Source of the DNA: Eledone cirrhosa
Taxonomy: Eukaryota
NCBI GenBank assembly: GCA_964016885.1
Contig: OZ024746.1
Span: 34,968,001 to 35,032,000 of the forward strand
DNA: 64,000 nt
Direction: 5' to 3'
Made by a program: the position numbers and the translations under genes. Numbering within the stretch: the stretch's first letter is position 1; each line of letters opens with the position of its first letter. Under the pieces are notes generated by a model that saw nothing but the letters and a program-made list of their open reading frames with translations, was not told where the DNA came from and ran no database searches. Shown here piece by piece: positions 62,369-64,000 of the stretch.

Positions 62369-64000
62369 ATATATATATATAACTCTGCCAATTCGCCGCC
62401 TATTTCCACAATTACATACCACCATATAACACTACACACTTCTTATATTACTCAATTCCCACAGGAACATATCTCCACATTTCAATAGAAATTTATGTAT
62501 TACAATCTCACAACCTAACAACACACACTTCCTGCAAATCCTTAAAACAACATGCCCCTATATTTAAATATAAATTTCGATAACAGATATTAACAATACC
62601 GAACACAGAGACAAATGCATAAACATAAATTTCCCTTCGTGTGTTATTTCTCCTTGTTATAGTAACGAAAAACAATAAATAATATATAAATATTTCATTA
62701 AGAAACGTTATTGATTCCAAAGTCAGGCCTGATTGACACTTGATCTGAACAATCGCGAAACGCGCGTCACACCTGAATAAACTTAAGCCCGAATCTTTTT
62801 TGACATCTTGAGTTTATATGTGCAAAAACGCATCTAACGTTTAGATGTCTTTTTTACACATGAGCAACCGAATCATAGAATATATATTTCCTATAGCATC
62901 GCTAACTAGAATATATATATGAGCTTAAATTGTCTTTGCACATGTAATCTCCAATAGCTGACTAGAGGTCGGAAAAGTTGGGTCCCCTCATGTTGACTGT
63001 ACCCTGAGCTGATCGATATCGAAACTATTGTAATATGCCAATAAATTTTAAATTTTGTACTCATACTGCAGCACTGACTTCGATTCTTTTAAACCTATCT
63101 ACAATATGCGTACACTAGAGCCGCCTTGACTCTGAAACACAACCAGAACGTGACGGACCTCCTAACAGCATTGAGTGCTTCGACGGCGCACCATGTGTAG
63201 CTATAGATACACACCTAAACCCCCCATATATATATATATATATATATATAGGGTGACGCAAAACTGGGTTTGCTTACAAACAGCTAGCGAATTTGAAAAT
63301 TAGGTAATAACATGTGCTTACGCCGAATTTGTTTGTTATTTGGGGTTTTGAAAAAAAAAAACCTCTGCATGGTAGAAAGGATGCGCATTGACGTGTATAG
63401 GACACGAACCAACATCTTTGGTTTGCCTGTCAAATGTACGTTAATACTCATCCTTTTTTCCATTCAGAGGGTTTTTAAAAAATACCAACTAACAGACTAA
63501 TCCTATTTAGTCAATTACAGCGTAAGCACATATAACTACATTATATATATTTATATATATAATTGTGAGAGAGAGAGAGAGCGAGAGGGAAATGTTAATT
63601 CCTATATTGAACTTGCTTTAAAAATAGTACTTAACAAAATGCCGAATTGTAATTTATAAATCCGTTAATCTTCTCCACGATACTATTTCCATGTTATGTC
63701 TCTGACGTATTGGTTTTGAATTTAATCCAAATCTATTAGATTAAAAACACACACACAGCTCAAGCCTGTGTGTGTACATGAATAAATAAATATGCGTGTG
63801 TGAAGAAATATACTTATATATATATATGTAAGTATGTATGTATGTATGTATACGCACATACATATATGTATACAGACGTACAGTAGTATGTATATATATA
63901 TACATACATGCATACATATATATATGCACGTATCGGTTTACCGAACATTTATTATACTGCTCGGTTTGTTTGTTTGTAAACAAACAAACAGCCCGAATTA

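Noticed and set aside
63250-63500. Tc1/mariner-like terminus (AGGGTGACGCAAAA)
   Set aside because: No matching second TIR or transposase seen in the window.

Overview
AT-rich eukaryotic DNA saturated with microsatellites ((TA)n, (GA)n, (CA)n, (TAG)n, (GATA)n). It is probably intronic or intergenic. The SINE and microsatellite content suggests an octopod cephalopod (inference). I found no intact host gene, and most listed ORFs are microsatellite translations. The real coding traces are decayed retrotransposons: L1/Tx1-type RT and 3' ends, RTE fragments, and four Penelope-like element (PLE) fragments with RT and/or GIY-YIG. The main unexplained signal is about 15 short fold-back (inverted-arm) insertions from roughly 10 sequence families, nearly all sitting in (TA)n tracts. 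Together with solo copies they carry about 25-30 hammerhead-ribozyme motifs, including recurrent non-canonical CAGA and CCGA cores. Across families they share a covarying RYTC...GARY stem 1-6 nt beyond the fixed end of the inverted arm. One family can be traced from a coding PLE down to ~200-bp hairpins. Ribozyme folds and alignments were done by eye, and coordinates may be off by a few nt.
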